Positions 37,173 to 48,000 of a stretch of 64,000 bases of DNA are shown here, one piece after another (positions within the stretch are counted from its first letter, which is position 1; each line of letters starts with the position of its first letter). The position numbers and the translations under genes were made by a program. The notes beneath the pieces are model-generated. The model had not been told where the DNA came from. It saw nothing but the letters and a program-made list of their open reading frames with translations, and searched no databases. Origin of the DNA: Gemmatimonadaceae bacterium (GTDB lineage Bacteria > Gemmatimonadota > Gemmatimonadetes > Gemmatimonadales > Gemmatimonadaceae); the NCBI GenBank assembly GCA_051859245.1, contig JBHYGA010000001.1:1277722-1341721 (forward strand), written 5' to 3'.

Positions 37173-37871
37173 TCAGGTGCCGGTGGCACTCAGAATAATC
37201 GGCGCCAGATTGAGCGCGGCCGCCTGAATATTCTGCAGCCCTTGCTGCGTGCCGAGCGTCCATCGCACGGTGATTTCGCCATTGGCGTTCGTCACCGCCG
37301 TGGATGGGTTGATGGCACCACCGCCAGCAGTCACCGAGAGCGACACCGAAACGCCAGGAATCGGCGTGCTGTTGGAACCGATAATGCGAAGTACGATCTG
37401 CGTGGGAAGCGCGGTGCCGGCCTTGGCGGTCTGGTTGTTGCCCTGCGCCACGAACAGGTCCGTGGGCAGGATCCCCGTGGCGGAGATGGTGATGCCGTCC
37501 ACGCCCGGAACGCTGGCCAGCAACTCATGAATGTTCTGATTCGGCCCGAGCGTCCACTTGGTTTTCACTTCGCCGTTGGCGTCACTCATGCCGGTAGCGG
37601 GCTCTACGGTGCCGCCGCCGCGCTGCACTGAAAAACCGACCGGCACAGAGGTTACCGGGGAGCCGTCATCGCTTCGTACGCGAACCACAATCGGCGTTGG
37701 CAGCACGGTACCCGCCGCCGCACTCTGGAGGTTTCCCTGGACCACTTGCAGCTCCGACGCGGTGGCCGGCGCGGCGACTTTCTCGCACCCTGAGATTGCG
37801 GGGACGATCAGCACAGCGGCCCACGTTAAAACGAGGCGGGGCAGACGGGTGCGGAGGGAGACGAGCGACAT
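37173..37871 (-). CDS. Lipoprotein with two bacterial Ig-like (Big_1-type) repeats
   Basis: ISGC lipobox; repeated QGN.Q.A.AGT.LPT.IV.R...G.GG.V.P....ANGE....WTLG units; GGAG SD. Confidence 0.8.
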   Translation of the reverse strand: MSLVSLRTRLPRLVLTWAAVLIVPAISGCEKVAAPATASELQVVQGNLQSAAAGTVLPTPIVVRVRSDDGSPVTSVPVGFSVQRGGGTVEPATGMSDANGEVKTKWTLGPNQNIHELLASVPGVDGITISATGILPTDLFVAQGNNQTAKAGTALPTQIVLRIIGSNSTPIPGVSVSLSVTAGGGAINPSTAVTNANGEITVRWTLGTQQGLQNIQAAALNLAPIILSATGT

Positions 37872-38002
37872 GCAAAACACTCCAGGTGGGGACATACAGA
37901 CACGGGACGACTGGAGGTCTCGGCAGCAAGCGGGCCCGAGTTGAGCGGAATATGGCCGGGACGGGGGCGGCAGAAACGACGCCGAGCGGATAGCTTGTGG
38001 AG

Positions 38003-39058
38003 ATGACGTCCGCCAGCCGGCCCTCCGCGGCCACTTCAGTTCGTCCGGTCGCGTTGCACACCGCCGACGCCACGCCGAAAGCACCGCGCATTCCATCGTT
38101 TTCCGAGCATCCGATCCGGAATCCGGGTACGGAGCTGGATCTCGATGTGGTCGCCGCCACGCACGTCAATCGCAGTGCGGCGGAGCGGCGCGCGGCCACA
38201 TTACCGGCGCGTCGTACGGTAAAAAAAGAATGGCAGGCCGCGTGGTTGTTGCGCGCGATCAGTTGCATGGATCTGACCACGTTGTCCGGTGACGATACAT
38301 CGGGCAACGTGCACAGACTGTGCGCCAAAGCGCGTCGACCCGTGCGCGACGATTTGCTCGAGGCGCTCGGCGTAGCCGATCTGGGCCTCACCGTGGGGGC
38401 CGTTTGCGTGTATCACCGCTACGTGTCTGATGCGGTGCGCGCGCTCGCCGGCAGCGGTATTCCCGTGGCGGCGGTGTCCACCGGATTTCCTGCCGGTCTG
38501 TCGCCGCTGGCGCAGCGCGTTGCGGAAATCCGCGCCTCGGTTGACGCCGGTGCACAGGAAATCGACGTGGTCATTACCCGCGCGCACGTGCTGCGCAGCG
38601 AGTGGCATGCGCTGTACGATGAAGTGCGCACCTTTCGCGAGGCCTGCGGCGACGCACACATGAAGACAATTCTCGGTGTCGGTGAACTGGCCACACTCAC
38701 GAACATTGCGCGTGCCAGTCAGGTCGCCATGATGGCCGGCTCGGATGTGATCAAAACGTCAACCGGCAAAGAGCCAACGAACGCCACGCTGCCGGTTGGT
38801 CTCGTGATGGTGCGACAGATCCGCGACTATTTGCAGCGCACCGGACATGTTGTGGGATTCAAGCCCGCCGGTGGTATTCGTACGGCCAAACAGTCGCTCG
38901 ATTGGCTGGCGCTGGTAAAAGAAGAGCTTGGTGATCGCTGGCTGCGTCCCGACCTGTTCCGTTTCGGTGCGAGTGGGTTGCTCACCGATATTGAACGTCA
39001 GCTCGAACATTTTGTCACGGGCCGCTACTCTGCGGCTCATCGACATCCGATGGTATAA
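38003..39058 (+). CDS. deoC: Deoxyribose-phosphate aldolase (long form)
   Basis: DLTTLSGDDT, VCVY, GFPAG, EIDVV, IKTSTGK, GFKPAGG, RFGASGLL. Confidence 0.95.
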   Translation: MTSASRPSAATSVRPVALHTADATPKAPRIPSFSEHPIRNPGTELDLDVVAATHVNRSAAERRAATLPARRTVKKEWQAAWLLRAISCMDLTTLSGDDTSGNVHRLCAKARRPVRDDLLEALGVADLGLTVGAVCVYHRYVSDAVRALAGSGIPVAAVSTGFPAGLSPLAQRVAEIRASVDAGAQEIDVVITRAHVLRSEWHALYDEVRTFREACGDAHMKTILGVGELATLTNIARASQVAMMAGSDVIKTSTGKEPTNATLPVGLVMVRQIRDYLQRTGHVVGFKPAGGIRTAKQSLDWLALVKEELGDRWLRPDLFRFGASGLLTDIERQLEHFVTGRYSAAHRHPMV

Positions 39059-39064
39059 GCCGTC

Positions 39065-41488
39065 ATGACGTCTACCTTGCCTCCAGCGAAGCCCTCGGTG
39101 CGCGCGCTGTTCGAATCCATGGAGTACGGTCCCGCGCCTGAAAGTGACGCCACAGTTCGCGCGTGGCTGTCTGCTCACGGTGCGCGCTTTGACCATTTCA
39201 TTAATGGACAGTTCGTTGCCCCCGCCGATGGTACGCACTTTGACGTGATGGACCCGTCAAACGGCAAGCTGCTCGCCAAAGTGGCGCAGGGTTCAGCGAC
39301 CGATGTGGATGCCGCGGTGCAGGCCGCGCGCGACGCGCTCTCCGCGTGGAAAGCGCTGAGCGGACACGCGCGTGCTCGGCATTTGTACGCGCTCGCACGC
39401 GCTGTGCAACGACACGCGCGTGCGCTCGCCGTGCTGGAGTGCCTGGACAACGGCAAGCCAATTCGTGAAACGCGTGATCTCGATATTCCACTCGTGGTGC
39501 GCCACTTCTATCATCACGCTGGCTGGGCGCAACTATTTGATCACGAATTTTCGGGGTACGCGCCGATCGGTGTGATTGGTCAGATCATCCCGTGGAATTT
39601 TCCGCTGCTGATGCTGGCGTGGAAGGTGGCACCGGCGCTGGCGGCTGGTAACACCGTGGTGCTGAAGCCGGCTGAATACACGCCGCTCTCCGCGTTGCTG
39701 TTCGCGGAAATTGTTCGCGATGCGGGCCTGCCGCCCGGTGTGTTCAACCTGGTGACTGGTGATGGTGCGACTGGTGCGGCGCTCGTTGAACACGATGGCG
39801 TCGACAAGATCGCGTTCACGGGGTCCACCGAGGTGGGTCGACGTATTCGCACGGTCACCGCGGGCACTGGCAAATCCTTGTCGCTGGAGTTGGGCGGCAA
39901 GAGTCCGTTTCTGGTATTTGCCGATGCGGATCTTGATAGTGTTGTGGAAGGTGTGGTGGACGCGATCTGGTTCAACCAGGGACAAGTGTGTTGCGCAGGC
40001 TCGCGGCTGCTGGTGCAGGAGGGCATTGCCGAGCGTCTTACGGAGAAGCTGAAAGCGCGCATGGAACAGCTGCGAGTTGGCGCGCCGCTCGACAAGTCGG
40101 TCGACATGGGTGCGATCGTCGCGCCGGTGCAACTCTCGCGCATTCGTGAGCTGGTGGCGCAAGGGGTGGCCGAAGGCGCGTCGTGCTGGCAGCCCACGTG
40201 GGCCGAGCCCGCCGAAGGGTGGTTTTACCCGCCCACACTGTTCACGAATGTTGAACCGTCTGCCACGATCGCGCAGGTGGAGATTTTTGGCCCGGTGCTT
40301 GTGACGCACACGTTTCGCACGCCGGATGAGGCGGTGCAGCTCGCGAACAACACGCCGTACGGACTCGCCGCGAGTGTGTGGAGCGATGATATCAATCTCG
40401 CGCTCGACATTGCGCCGCGTTTACGCTGCGGCGTGGTGTGGGTGAACTGCACGAACGCGTTTGACGCGAGTGCGGGCTTTGGTGGCTATCGCGAATCGGG
40501 CTATGGTCGCGAAGGCGGACGCGAGGGCATGTGGGAGTACGTCAAGCCGATTCGCGAACTCACCGCCGGCGATGCAACCAGGAAGCCGACGTCAGTCTCT
40601 GATGCAATCACCGCCGACTATCCGGTAGAGCGCGCCTCGCTGCCGGCACTCGACCGTACGCCGAAGTTGTACATTGGCGGCCAGCAAGCACGTCCCGATT
40701 CCGGGTACAGTCTGCCGGTGCGCGCCGCGTCAGGTCAGCTGCTGGGCGAAGTTGGTGATGGCAACCGCAAGGATATTCGAAACGCTGTTGAAGCCGCGCA
40801 TGCGGCATCGGCGTGGGCGAAACGTCCAGGCCACGCACGCGCGCAGGTGTTGTATTACATCGCCGAAAATCTTTCCGCGCGCGCGCGTGAGTTCGCGTCG
40901 CGCATTGCCGAGAGTACCGGCGTTTCGTTCGCCGCGGGCGAGCGTGAGGTTGAGCTGTCGATCTCACGCTTGTTCACATACGCCGCGTGGTCAGACAAGC
41001 ATGACGGCGCGGTACATGATGTTCCCATGCGCGCCGTTTCGCTCGCGATGCACGAACCGCTCGGCGTGGTTGGCGTGATCTGTCCACCTGCGCATCCGCT
41101 GCTCGGGTTTGTCTCGCTCGTGGCGCCGCTCGTGGCTACGGGCAACACAGTGGTCGCCGTGCCGTCCGACACCGCACCGCTCGTGATCACGGATTTTTAT
41201 GGCGTGCTCGATACGTCTGATCTGCCCGGTGGTGTGATCAACATCGTCACGGGCCAATCTGAGGCGCTCGCGAAGGTGCTTGCGGATCACGACAACGTGG
41301 ATGCGTTGTGGTATTGCGGCAGCCACACGGGCGCCACGGCGGTAGAACGCGCATCGGTGGGCAACCTCAAGCAAACCTGGACCGACTGGACGCCACGTGA
41401 CTGGACAGATGTGCGTGTTGGTGAAGGACGTGAGTTCCTTCGACGCGCAACGCAGGTGAAAAATATCTGGATTCCCTATGGGGCCTGA
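39065..41488 (+). CDS. Aldehyde dehydrogenase with extra C-terminal domain (ALDH16-like)
   Basis: PWNFP, FTGSTEVG, LELGGKS, GQVCCAGSR, EIFGPV, then a second Rossmann-like ALDH domain (TPKLYIGG...LPGGVINIVTG) without a catalytic domain. Confidence 0.9.
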   Translation: MTSTLPPAKPSVRALFESMEYGPAPESDATVRAWLSAHGARFDHFINGQFVAPADGTHFDVMDPSNGKLLAKVAQGSATDVDAAVQAARDALSAWKALSGHARARHLYALARAVQRHARALAVLECLDNGKPIRETRDLDIPLVVRHFYHHAGWAQLFDHEFSGYAPIGVIGQIIPWNFPLLMLAWKVAPALAAGNTVVLKPAEYTPLSALLFAEIVRDAGLPPGVFNLVTGDGATGAALVEHDGVDKIAFTGSTEVGRRIRTVTAGTGKSLSLELGGKSPFLVFADADLDSVVEGVVDAIWFNQGQVCCAGSRLLVQEGIAERLTEKLKARMEQLRVGAPLDKSVDMGAIVAPVQLSRIRELVAQGVAEGASCWQPTWAEPAEGWFYPPTLFTNVEPSATIAQVEIFGPVLVTHTFRTPDEAVQLANNTPYGLAASVWSDDINLALDIAPRLRCGVVWVNCTNAFDASAGFGGYRESGYGREGGREGMWEYVKPIRELTAGDATRKPTSVSDAITADYPVERASLPALDRTPKLYIGGQQARPDSGYSLPVRAASGQLLGEVGDGNRKDIRNAVEAAHAASAWAKRPGHARAQVLYYIAENLSARAREFASRIAESTGVSFAAGEREVELSISRLFTYAAWSDKHDGAVHDVPMRAVSLAMHEPLGVVGVICPPAHPLLGFVSLVAPLVATGNTVVAVPSDTAPLVITDFYGVLDTSDLPGGVINIVTGQSEALAKVLADHDNVDALWYCGSHTGATAVERASVGNLKQTWTDWTPRDWTDVRVGEGREFLRRATQVKNIWIPYGA

Positions 41489-41528
41489 TGCCCCGCGCTT
41501 TTCTCCTTCCTTGAGTCTCCCTTCCTCA

Positions 41529-43271
41529 ATGATCGTGCTTCCTGAGTCTCCCGCCGCATTTGCCGACGCGACGTGGTCGGACATTGCTCCGTACTACGAA
41601 GCGCTCGCCGTTGCTCCGCTCGCGTCGCCGGCCGATGCCGCGCAGATCGAAGCGTGGCTCGATGCGTGGTCGAAGCTCGACATGATGGTCGGCGAAGCGG
41701 GTACGCTGGCGATGATTGCGTATACCGCGAACACAGCGAACGAGGCGGCGGAGCGCGCGTACCTGCGCTTCTCGATGGAGATTTTCCCCACGCTCGAAGA
41801 ACAACAGGTGCGCCTGGCGCGTAGGTTGGTGGATACTGGGTGGTCGCGGCCGGATCTCGAAACCACGATTCGACGCTTTCGCTCCGATATTGAGATCTTC
41901 CGCGAGGCCAACGTCGCGCGCTTTTCAAAACTTGAAGAGTATTCCGCGGCGTATCAGAAGCGCACCGGCGGACTATCGGTGGATTGGGACGGCGAAGCCA
42001 AAACCATCCCGCAACTGCAGCCGTATCTCAAGTCGAACGACCGCGCTATTCGTGAGCGCGCGTTTCGACGCGGCGCGGAGGCGTATCTCGCGCATCGCGA
42101 AGAACTCGCCACACTCTTTGATTCCATGTTGGTGTTGCGTCAGGATGTCGCGCGCGAAGCTGGTTTCTCGGACTTTCAGCGCTACGCCTTTGCAGCCAAG
42201 CACCGGTTTGACTACACGCCGGAAGATTGCGCCGGCTTCCACGCGGCGGTGCAGGAAGCCGTGGTGCCCGCCGTTGCGCGCTTGTACGAGCACCGCCGCG
42301 AACGTTTGAAAGTGGAGACGCTGCGGCCGTGGGATCTGGCCGTTGATGTCGACGCCACCACACCGCTCGTGCCGTTCAGAACTGTCGATGAATTCGTAAA
42401 TGGCGCGCGGCGAATCTTCTCGCGCGTTGATCCCGAGCTCGGACAGAAATTTGATATCATGGCGGCCGAGCAACTGCTCGATCTCGAGAGCCGGCCTGGC
42501 AAAGCGCCTGGCGGTTATTGCACCGATCTCGCATTCCGTGGGCGTCCGTTCATCTTCATGAACGCGGTAGGCGTGCCGGATGATGTGCAAACGCTGGTGC
42601 ACGAAGCAGGGCATTGCTTCCACGATTTCGCGGCGCATCAGTTGCCGTACGCATGGCAGCGTCGCACCGGACACGAAGCGGCGGAGCTGGCGTCCATGTC
42701 GATGGAGCTGCTCGCCATGCCGTTCCTGGCGCAGCCCGAGGGCTACTACACGCCGGAAGAAGCGCGCATTGCGTGGCTTGAGCATTTTGAAGACGTCCTG
42801 TGCTCACTCACGCACATTGCCAGTGTTGATGCGTTTCAGGCGTGGATCTACGCGAATGCTGAAGGCGCAAATGCGGCGGCGCGCGACGAGGCGTGGTTGC
42901 GCATTCGTGCACAGTTCGAGCCGGTGGTCGACTGGTCGGGCCTCAACGATGAACGCGTGTCGCGCTGGTATCGCCAGCTGCACATTTTCGAACTGCCGTT
43001 TTACTACATCGAATACGGATTGGCGCAGCTCGGCGCGCTGCAGGTGTTTCGCAACGCGGTGCGCAACGGACCCGAGGCGGTGCAGGCGTACAAGCGATTC
43101 CTGTCACTCGGCGGCACGCGTCCGCTCCCGGAGCTGTACACGGAAGCGGGCGTCAAGCTCGTGTTCGACACCGCAACCATGCGCGAGCTCGTCGCATTCG
43201 TTGAAGAGCGCATTGTAGAATTGCGTGAGGGTGCAGTGTCGCCGTTTGGTGCGGCCATGTCGGTGGTCTAA
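41529..43271 (+). CDS. M3-family oligoendopeptidase (PepF-like)
   Basis: GKAPGGYC, PFIFMN, HEAGH (HExxH), AELASM, HIF..PFYYIEY. Confidence 0.93.
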   Translation: MIVLPESPAAFADATWSDIAPYYEALAVAPLASPADAAQIEAWLDAWSKLDMMVGEAGTLAMIAYTANTANEAAERAYLRFSMEIFPTLEEQQVRLARRLVDTGWSRPDLETTIRRFRSDIEIFREANVARFSKLEEYSAAYQKRTGGLSVDWDGEAKTIPQLQPYLKSNDRAIRERAFRRGAEAYLAHREELATLFDSMLVLRQDVAREAGFSDFQRYAFAAKHRFDYTPEDCAGFHAAVQEAVVPAVARLYEHRRERLKVETLRPWDLAVDVDATTPLVPFRTVDEFVNGARRIFSRVDPELGQKFDIMAAEQLLDLESRPGKAPGGYCTDLAFRGRPFIFMNAVGVPDDVQTLVHEAGHCFHDFAAHQLPYAWQRRTGHEAAELASMSMELLAMPFLAQPEGYYTPEEARIAWLEHFEDVLCSLTHIASVDAFQAWIYANAEGANAAARDEAWLRIRAQFEPVVDWSGLNDERVSRWYRQLHIFELPFYYIEYGLAQLGALQVFRNAVRNGPEAVQAYKRFLSLGGTRPLPELYTEAGVKLVFDTATMRELVAFVEERIVELREGAVSPFGAAMSVV

Positions 43272-44173
43272 CGACCACCGAATGGCTTCGCGTCAACCGT
43301 GCGCAGGTACCTGATCAACGCACGCATCTCCACCGGCGTGAGCAGCGCGGTATAACGCCACGGCATCAGCGCATCCAGTTCGCTGCCGTCGGGACGACGA
43401 CCGGTGCGCAGCACCGACTCGAGTTCGGTGTCAGTCAAACGTCCAATGCCGTCCGGTGTCAGGTTCGACGCCGGCTTGAAGTCTGGTGGCGTGCCCGGAA
43501 TTTTTCCTCCGGAGAGCCCGGGACCGTGGCACCCGGTGCATCCGCCAACGTCAGCCATGTACTTGCCATACGCGACCGAGCTGTCGATCGGCATGCTCAC
43601 GCGCGCGGTGATGGAGTGATCAATTCGCTCGGCCGGAATAATCGGAAGCTGGCCTACGGTGAGCAGTGTACGACCCACGGCGCGCAGCTCCGTTGGCGGA
43701 AGTTCTCGATCCACGGCCGGCATGGAGCGGATGTAACTGATGATCGCCCCAACGTCTTCATCGGCCAGTGTAATCCAGTCGTCCGACGGCATGATGAGCG
43801 CGCCGCGACCGTCGCGCTTGATCCCATGGCGAATCGCGCGCGCCAACTCGGCGTCGGTATACTGCGCGAGCACGCCGCCTCGGCCGGCCGTCAGGTTCGT
43901 GGCGCTTACACGACCCAACGCCGGGTCGTCGATGAACACTTTGCCGCCAAAGTCAGCGCTGTGACAATCCACGCACTTGCCCACGGCCGTGACCAGATGC
44001 GCGCCGCGCGCCAATGTGGCGCTGTCCGTCGCAACCGGTACATCACGCAACGGCGCGTCGAACGTTTTTGTAAGCGCGGAAGTGCTCACGCCGTACACGG
44101 TGCCGGCCGCCATCAGGCCGAACGCACCGACACTCACCAGCACTACAGAGATTACACGCTTGAGACGCGGCAC
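43268..44173 (-). CDS. Membrane-anchored di-heme cytochrome c
   Basis: CVDCH and CTGCH heme motifs, NLT motifs, IMPS/LMPW Met ligands, N-terminal TM. Confidence 0.9.
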   Translation of the reverse strand: MPRLKRVISVVLVSVGAFGLMAAGTVYGVSTSALTKTFDAPLRDVPVATDSATLARGAHLVTAVGKCVDCHSADFGGKVFIDDPALGRVSATNLTAGRGGVLAQYTDAELARAIRHGIKRDGRGALIMPSDDWITLADEDVGAIISYIRSMPAVDRELPPTELRAVGRTLLTVGQLPIIPAERIDHSITARVSMPIDSSVAYGKYMADVGGCTGCHGPGLSGGKIPGTPPDFKPASNLTPDGIGRLTDTELESVLRTGRRPDGSELDALMPWRYTALLTPVEMRALIRYLRTVDAKPFGGR

Positions 44174-44244
44174 GAGGCCACCTCCTGCTCATCGTCGAGG
44201 GTTGAGTCGAACTGGACGACAACAACCTCGCACGGCAGGAGGGA

Positions 44245-44838
44245 TCAAGCGCGGGTCGTTTGACCCTCGGGCACCACGCCCGCACTTCCGCCCGGTGGCA
44301 GCCCCGCCACGCCGCCCGACACAATGAACGCCATCACATCGGCGCTTGGTTTTTCCAGTCGCTCAACCCGATCGGACGCCACCACAACAAGTTGTCCGGA
44401 GAAGTTGTATGAATGCGGACAGTACACACTCACGTGCCCCGGCAGGCCGAGCGTGGAAAGCGATTCCTGCGTAACGAATCCGAACAGTCGGACATTGCCC
44501 GCGTCATCAACGCGCAGTGAGACCGGCTGATCGAACCGGCGCTTTTCGCCAACGAATGCGTTGAGCACGTCGCGGATGGCGCCGTACAGCAGCCGCACGA
44601 ACGGAAGCTTCTCAAGCACACGATCGAGCAGATTGAGCGCCGAGCGCGTAATGAGGTTAGAGCCGAGAAAGCCGACCAGCGTGATGATCCCGACCGTGAT
44701 TGCCAGTCCGACGCCCGGCGTCTCCACCCCAATCATGGAATCGACCGTGCTCAACACCCATACACACACCGCGATCGTGATCGCGATCGGCGCAATCAGC
44801 ACCAGCCCCCGTCCGAAATAGCCGAGCAAACGTCCCAC
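44245..44838 (-). CDS. DUF502 family membrane protein
   Basis: GLVLIAPIAIT...KLPFVRLLYGA...GFVT...VYCPHSYNFSG...FIVSGG; GAGG SD before GTG 44838. Confidence 0.85.
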   Translation of the reverse strand: MGRLLGYFGRGLVLIAPIAITIAVCVWVLSTVDSMIGVETPGVGLAITVGIITLVGFLGSNLITRSALNLLDRVLEKLPFVRLLYGAIRDVLNAFVGEKRRFDQPVSLRVDDAGNVRLFGFVTQESLSTLGLPGHVSVYCPHSYNFSGQLVVVASDRVERLEKPSADVMAFIVSGGVAGLPPGGSAGVVPEGQTTRA

Positions 44839-45037
44839 AGAGAACCTCAAAGCGGCGGTGCCGCGGCGATGGGGGCACCGAACGTGCCCCGTGAGCAACA
44901 CGAACCGGTCGCCATGCGTAGCCGAGTTCGAGTCACGCATGCAAGTTGATACGTGTTGGCCTGAGGAACCACCCCAGGTCGCGAGCACGCCGCGTCACGT
45001 GAGTGGCACGCCTGTCCTCCTCCACCGATTTCCTCCG

Positions 45038-48000
45038 ATGCAATCTCTGATGGTTTCACGGGTCGCCGTTCCAGACACACCTGCTCGCGGTCGGCTGCCG
45101 ATCCGCCGCACCGCGCCGCGCTCCCTCCGGGTCGCTCTGCTGGCGCTTGGCGTCATCTCCATACTGCCTGTTGCCAGCGCGTACGCGCAGTCGGCACGCA
45201 AACCGATCACGCAGGATGTGTACGACTCGTGGCGCGGCATTTTGTCGCCCACGATGTCCCGCAACGGTGGCTGGGTCGCGTACACCAACTCCCCAGGTAT
45301 CGGTGACGGCGAACTGGTGGTTCGCGCGACCACCGGTGGCACGGAGTTCAAGGTGCCCCGTGGCTTCACCGGACGCCCCAATGATCGACCCGGTGGCGGC
45401 GGAGGTGGCTTCTCGGCCGGTGCGCCGGTGTTCAGCGGGAACTCGCAGTACGTCGCAGCACTCGTGTATCCCACGCGCTCGGTGGTTGAGTCCGCGCGTG
45501 GAGATCGTCGTCGCGCGGCCGAGGCCACGCGCACATCGCTCGCGATCATGTCGTTGCCGTCGGGTCAGGTCACCACATTGCCACGCGTGCGCAGCTTCCG
45601 TCTCACGCGAGACGGCGGCACGTATCTGTTCTACCAGCCTGAAGTTGATTCGTCGGCCAATCGCGCTGGTGGTGATTCTGCTGCCCGCAGTGCAACGCCC
45701 GCGCGCCCTGCGGCGGGTGATTCCTCGGCACGTCGCGCGCCTCGCCGTGAGACCGGGACGCCGCTGGTGATGCGCACGCTCGCCTCGGGCGAAGAAGTGC
45801 GCATTGACGACGTTACGAGTTTTGTGTTGAGCGACAACGAACGTTGGCTCGCCTACGCGATTGGCGAAGCCGATTCCACCAAGAGCGGTTTGTACCTGCG
45901 AGACCTGACCGCGGGAACGGTCACCGCGCTGCGCAGCGGCAAGGCGCGCTATCGCAACATGACGTTTGATCGCGAAGCCACACAGCTCGCGTTTCTTGAA
46001 GCCAAAGCGGATTCGGTGCCGGCCGCGCGCGCGTCATACTCGGTGTATCTCGCGCCACTGGTGGTGAAGAAAGGTGCACCCATTGTGGCGAATCTTTCGG
46101 TGACGCCGAGTGATGCAGGAACCGGCATGATGATTCCGGAGCGCAGCCGTCTTGATTTTACGCGTGACGGATCGGCGCTGCTCTTCGCGGTGGCCGAGCC
46201 GCCCGCCGACAGCATTCCGCAAGACTCGCTCGCCAACAAGGCGATTTACGACCTCTGGCATTGGCAGGATACCCGTCTCCAGCCAACGCAGGCGCGTCAG
46301 GTCGGACAGGATCGCAACCGTTCGTTTACGTCGATCTATCACAGCAAGCTGCGCAAGGTGGTGCGTCTGGCCAATGATTCGTTGCCGAACGTTCAGGTCA
46401 GCGACGACGCGAAGTTGGCGCTCGCGGTGACGCCCGTGCCGTATTTGATGGAACAGATGTGGGGTGAAGGCGGCAACGATGTGTACATCCTCGACGCCAC
46501 CACTGGTGCCCGCACGCTCGTGGCCAAAAAGTTGGAGCGCGGTGCGCAGCTGTCTCCCAACGCCAGGTTTGTCACCTGGTTCGACAAGGACCAGTGGCAC
46601 GCGTACGAAATCGCGACCAAACAAACGCGCGTCGTCACCGAAAAAATCACCGGTGTGCGATTCAGTCAGGAAACGTGGAGCACGCCGAGCACGCCAGCGC
46701 CCTGGGGCGTGTCCGGCTGGACGAATGACGATCGCCAGATGCTGGTGAATGACCGCTACGACGTGTGGGTGGTGGATCCGAAGGGCGCGGTCGCACCGCG
46801 TCGCCTCACGGGCGGTGTCGGTCGCGCGCAGCAGCACGTGTTCCGCGTAGAAAGCGTCGATCCGGAAGCGCGCACGATCGATCCCACGAAGCCACTGTTG
46901 TTGTCAGCATTCAACGATGTGACCAAGGCGTCGGGTTGGTTCCGCGGCAGCTTCACCGACTCGGTGCCCACGCAGATCGTGATGGAGCCCAAGAGTTTCG
47001 GTAATCTGGTGAAAGCGCGTGATGCCGAGCAGTACATGGTCACGCGGTCCGACTATCGTGAGTTCCCTGATATTTGGACGGGCAACTCGCTCACGGCGAT
47101 GACGAAGATCTCGAACGTGATGCCAACGCAGGACGAGTATCTGCGCGGCAGCGTTGAGCTGTACAGCTGGATCAGCGCCGACGGTGATTCGCTTGCCGGA
47201 CTGCTGTACCTGCCGGACAACTTCGATCGCAACAAGAAGTACCCGATGGTGGTGTACTTCTACGAGACGCACTCCGACGGTTTGCACGGTTACGTGCGTC
47301 CTGCTGGCCGCAACATTGTGAACCCGACGGTCTACAACTCGCTCGGCTACATCGTGTTCATGCCGGACATCAAGTACACGGATGGTTATCCGGGCCCGAG
47401 TGCGTACAAGTCCATCGTGCCAGGCGTGCAGTCGCTGATTCAGCGTGGGTTTGTCGACAAGGACGCGATTGGTATTGGCGGTCAGTCCTGGGGCGGTTAT
47501 CAGACCGCCTATCTCGTGACCCAGACCAACCTGTTCAAAGCGGCGGTACCGAACGCCACGGTGGTGAACATGACCAGCGCGTACGGCGGTATTCGCTGGG
47601 GTACGGGTATCGCGCGGTCGTTCCAGTATGAAACCGGTCAGAGCCGAATTGGTGGTTCGCTGTGGGAGTATCCGGAGCGGTTCATCGAGAACTCGCCATT
47701 GTTCTTCGCCGATCGAATTCAGACGCCGCTGCTGTTCATGGCGAACGACAATGACGGTGCGGTACCCTGGTATCAGGGCATTGAGTTCTTCGTCGCGCTG
47801 CGCCGTCTCGGCAAGGAGGCCTACATGGTCAACTACAACGGCGACGAGCACAATCCCACCAAGCGCGCCAATCAGCTCGACATCGACAAGAAGATGCTGG
47901 AGTTCTTCGATCACCATCTCCGCGGCGCGGCCGCACCGGAGTGGATGAAGCGCGGAATTCCGTACATCGAAAAGGGCCGCGACCAGATTCGCGCCACTCC

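Noticed and set aside
45003..45020. TGGCACG sigma54-like -24 box upstream of the S9 peptidase
   Set aside because: No GC at the -12 position.
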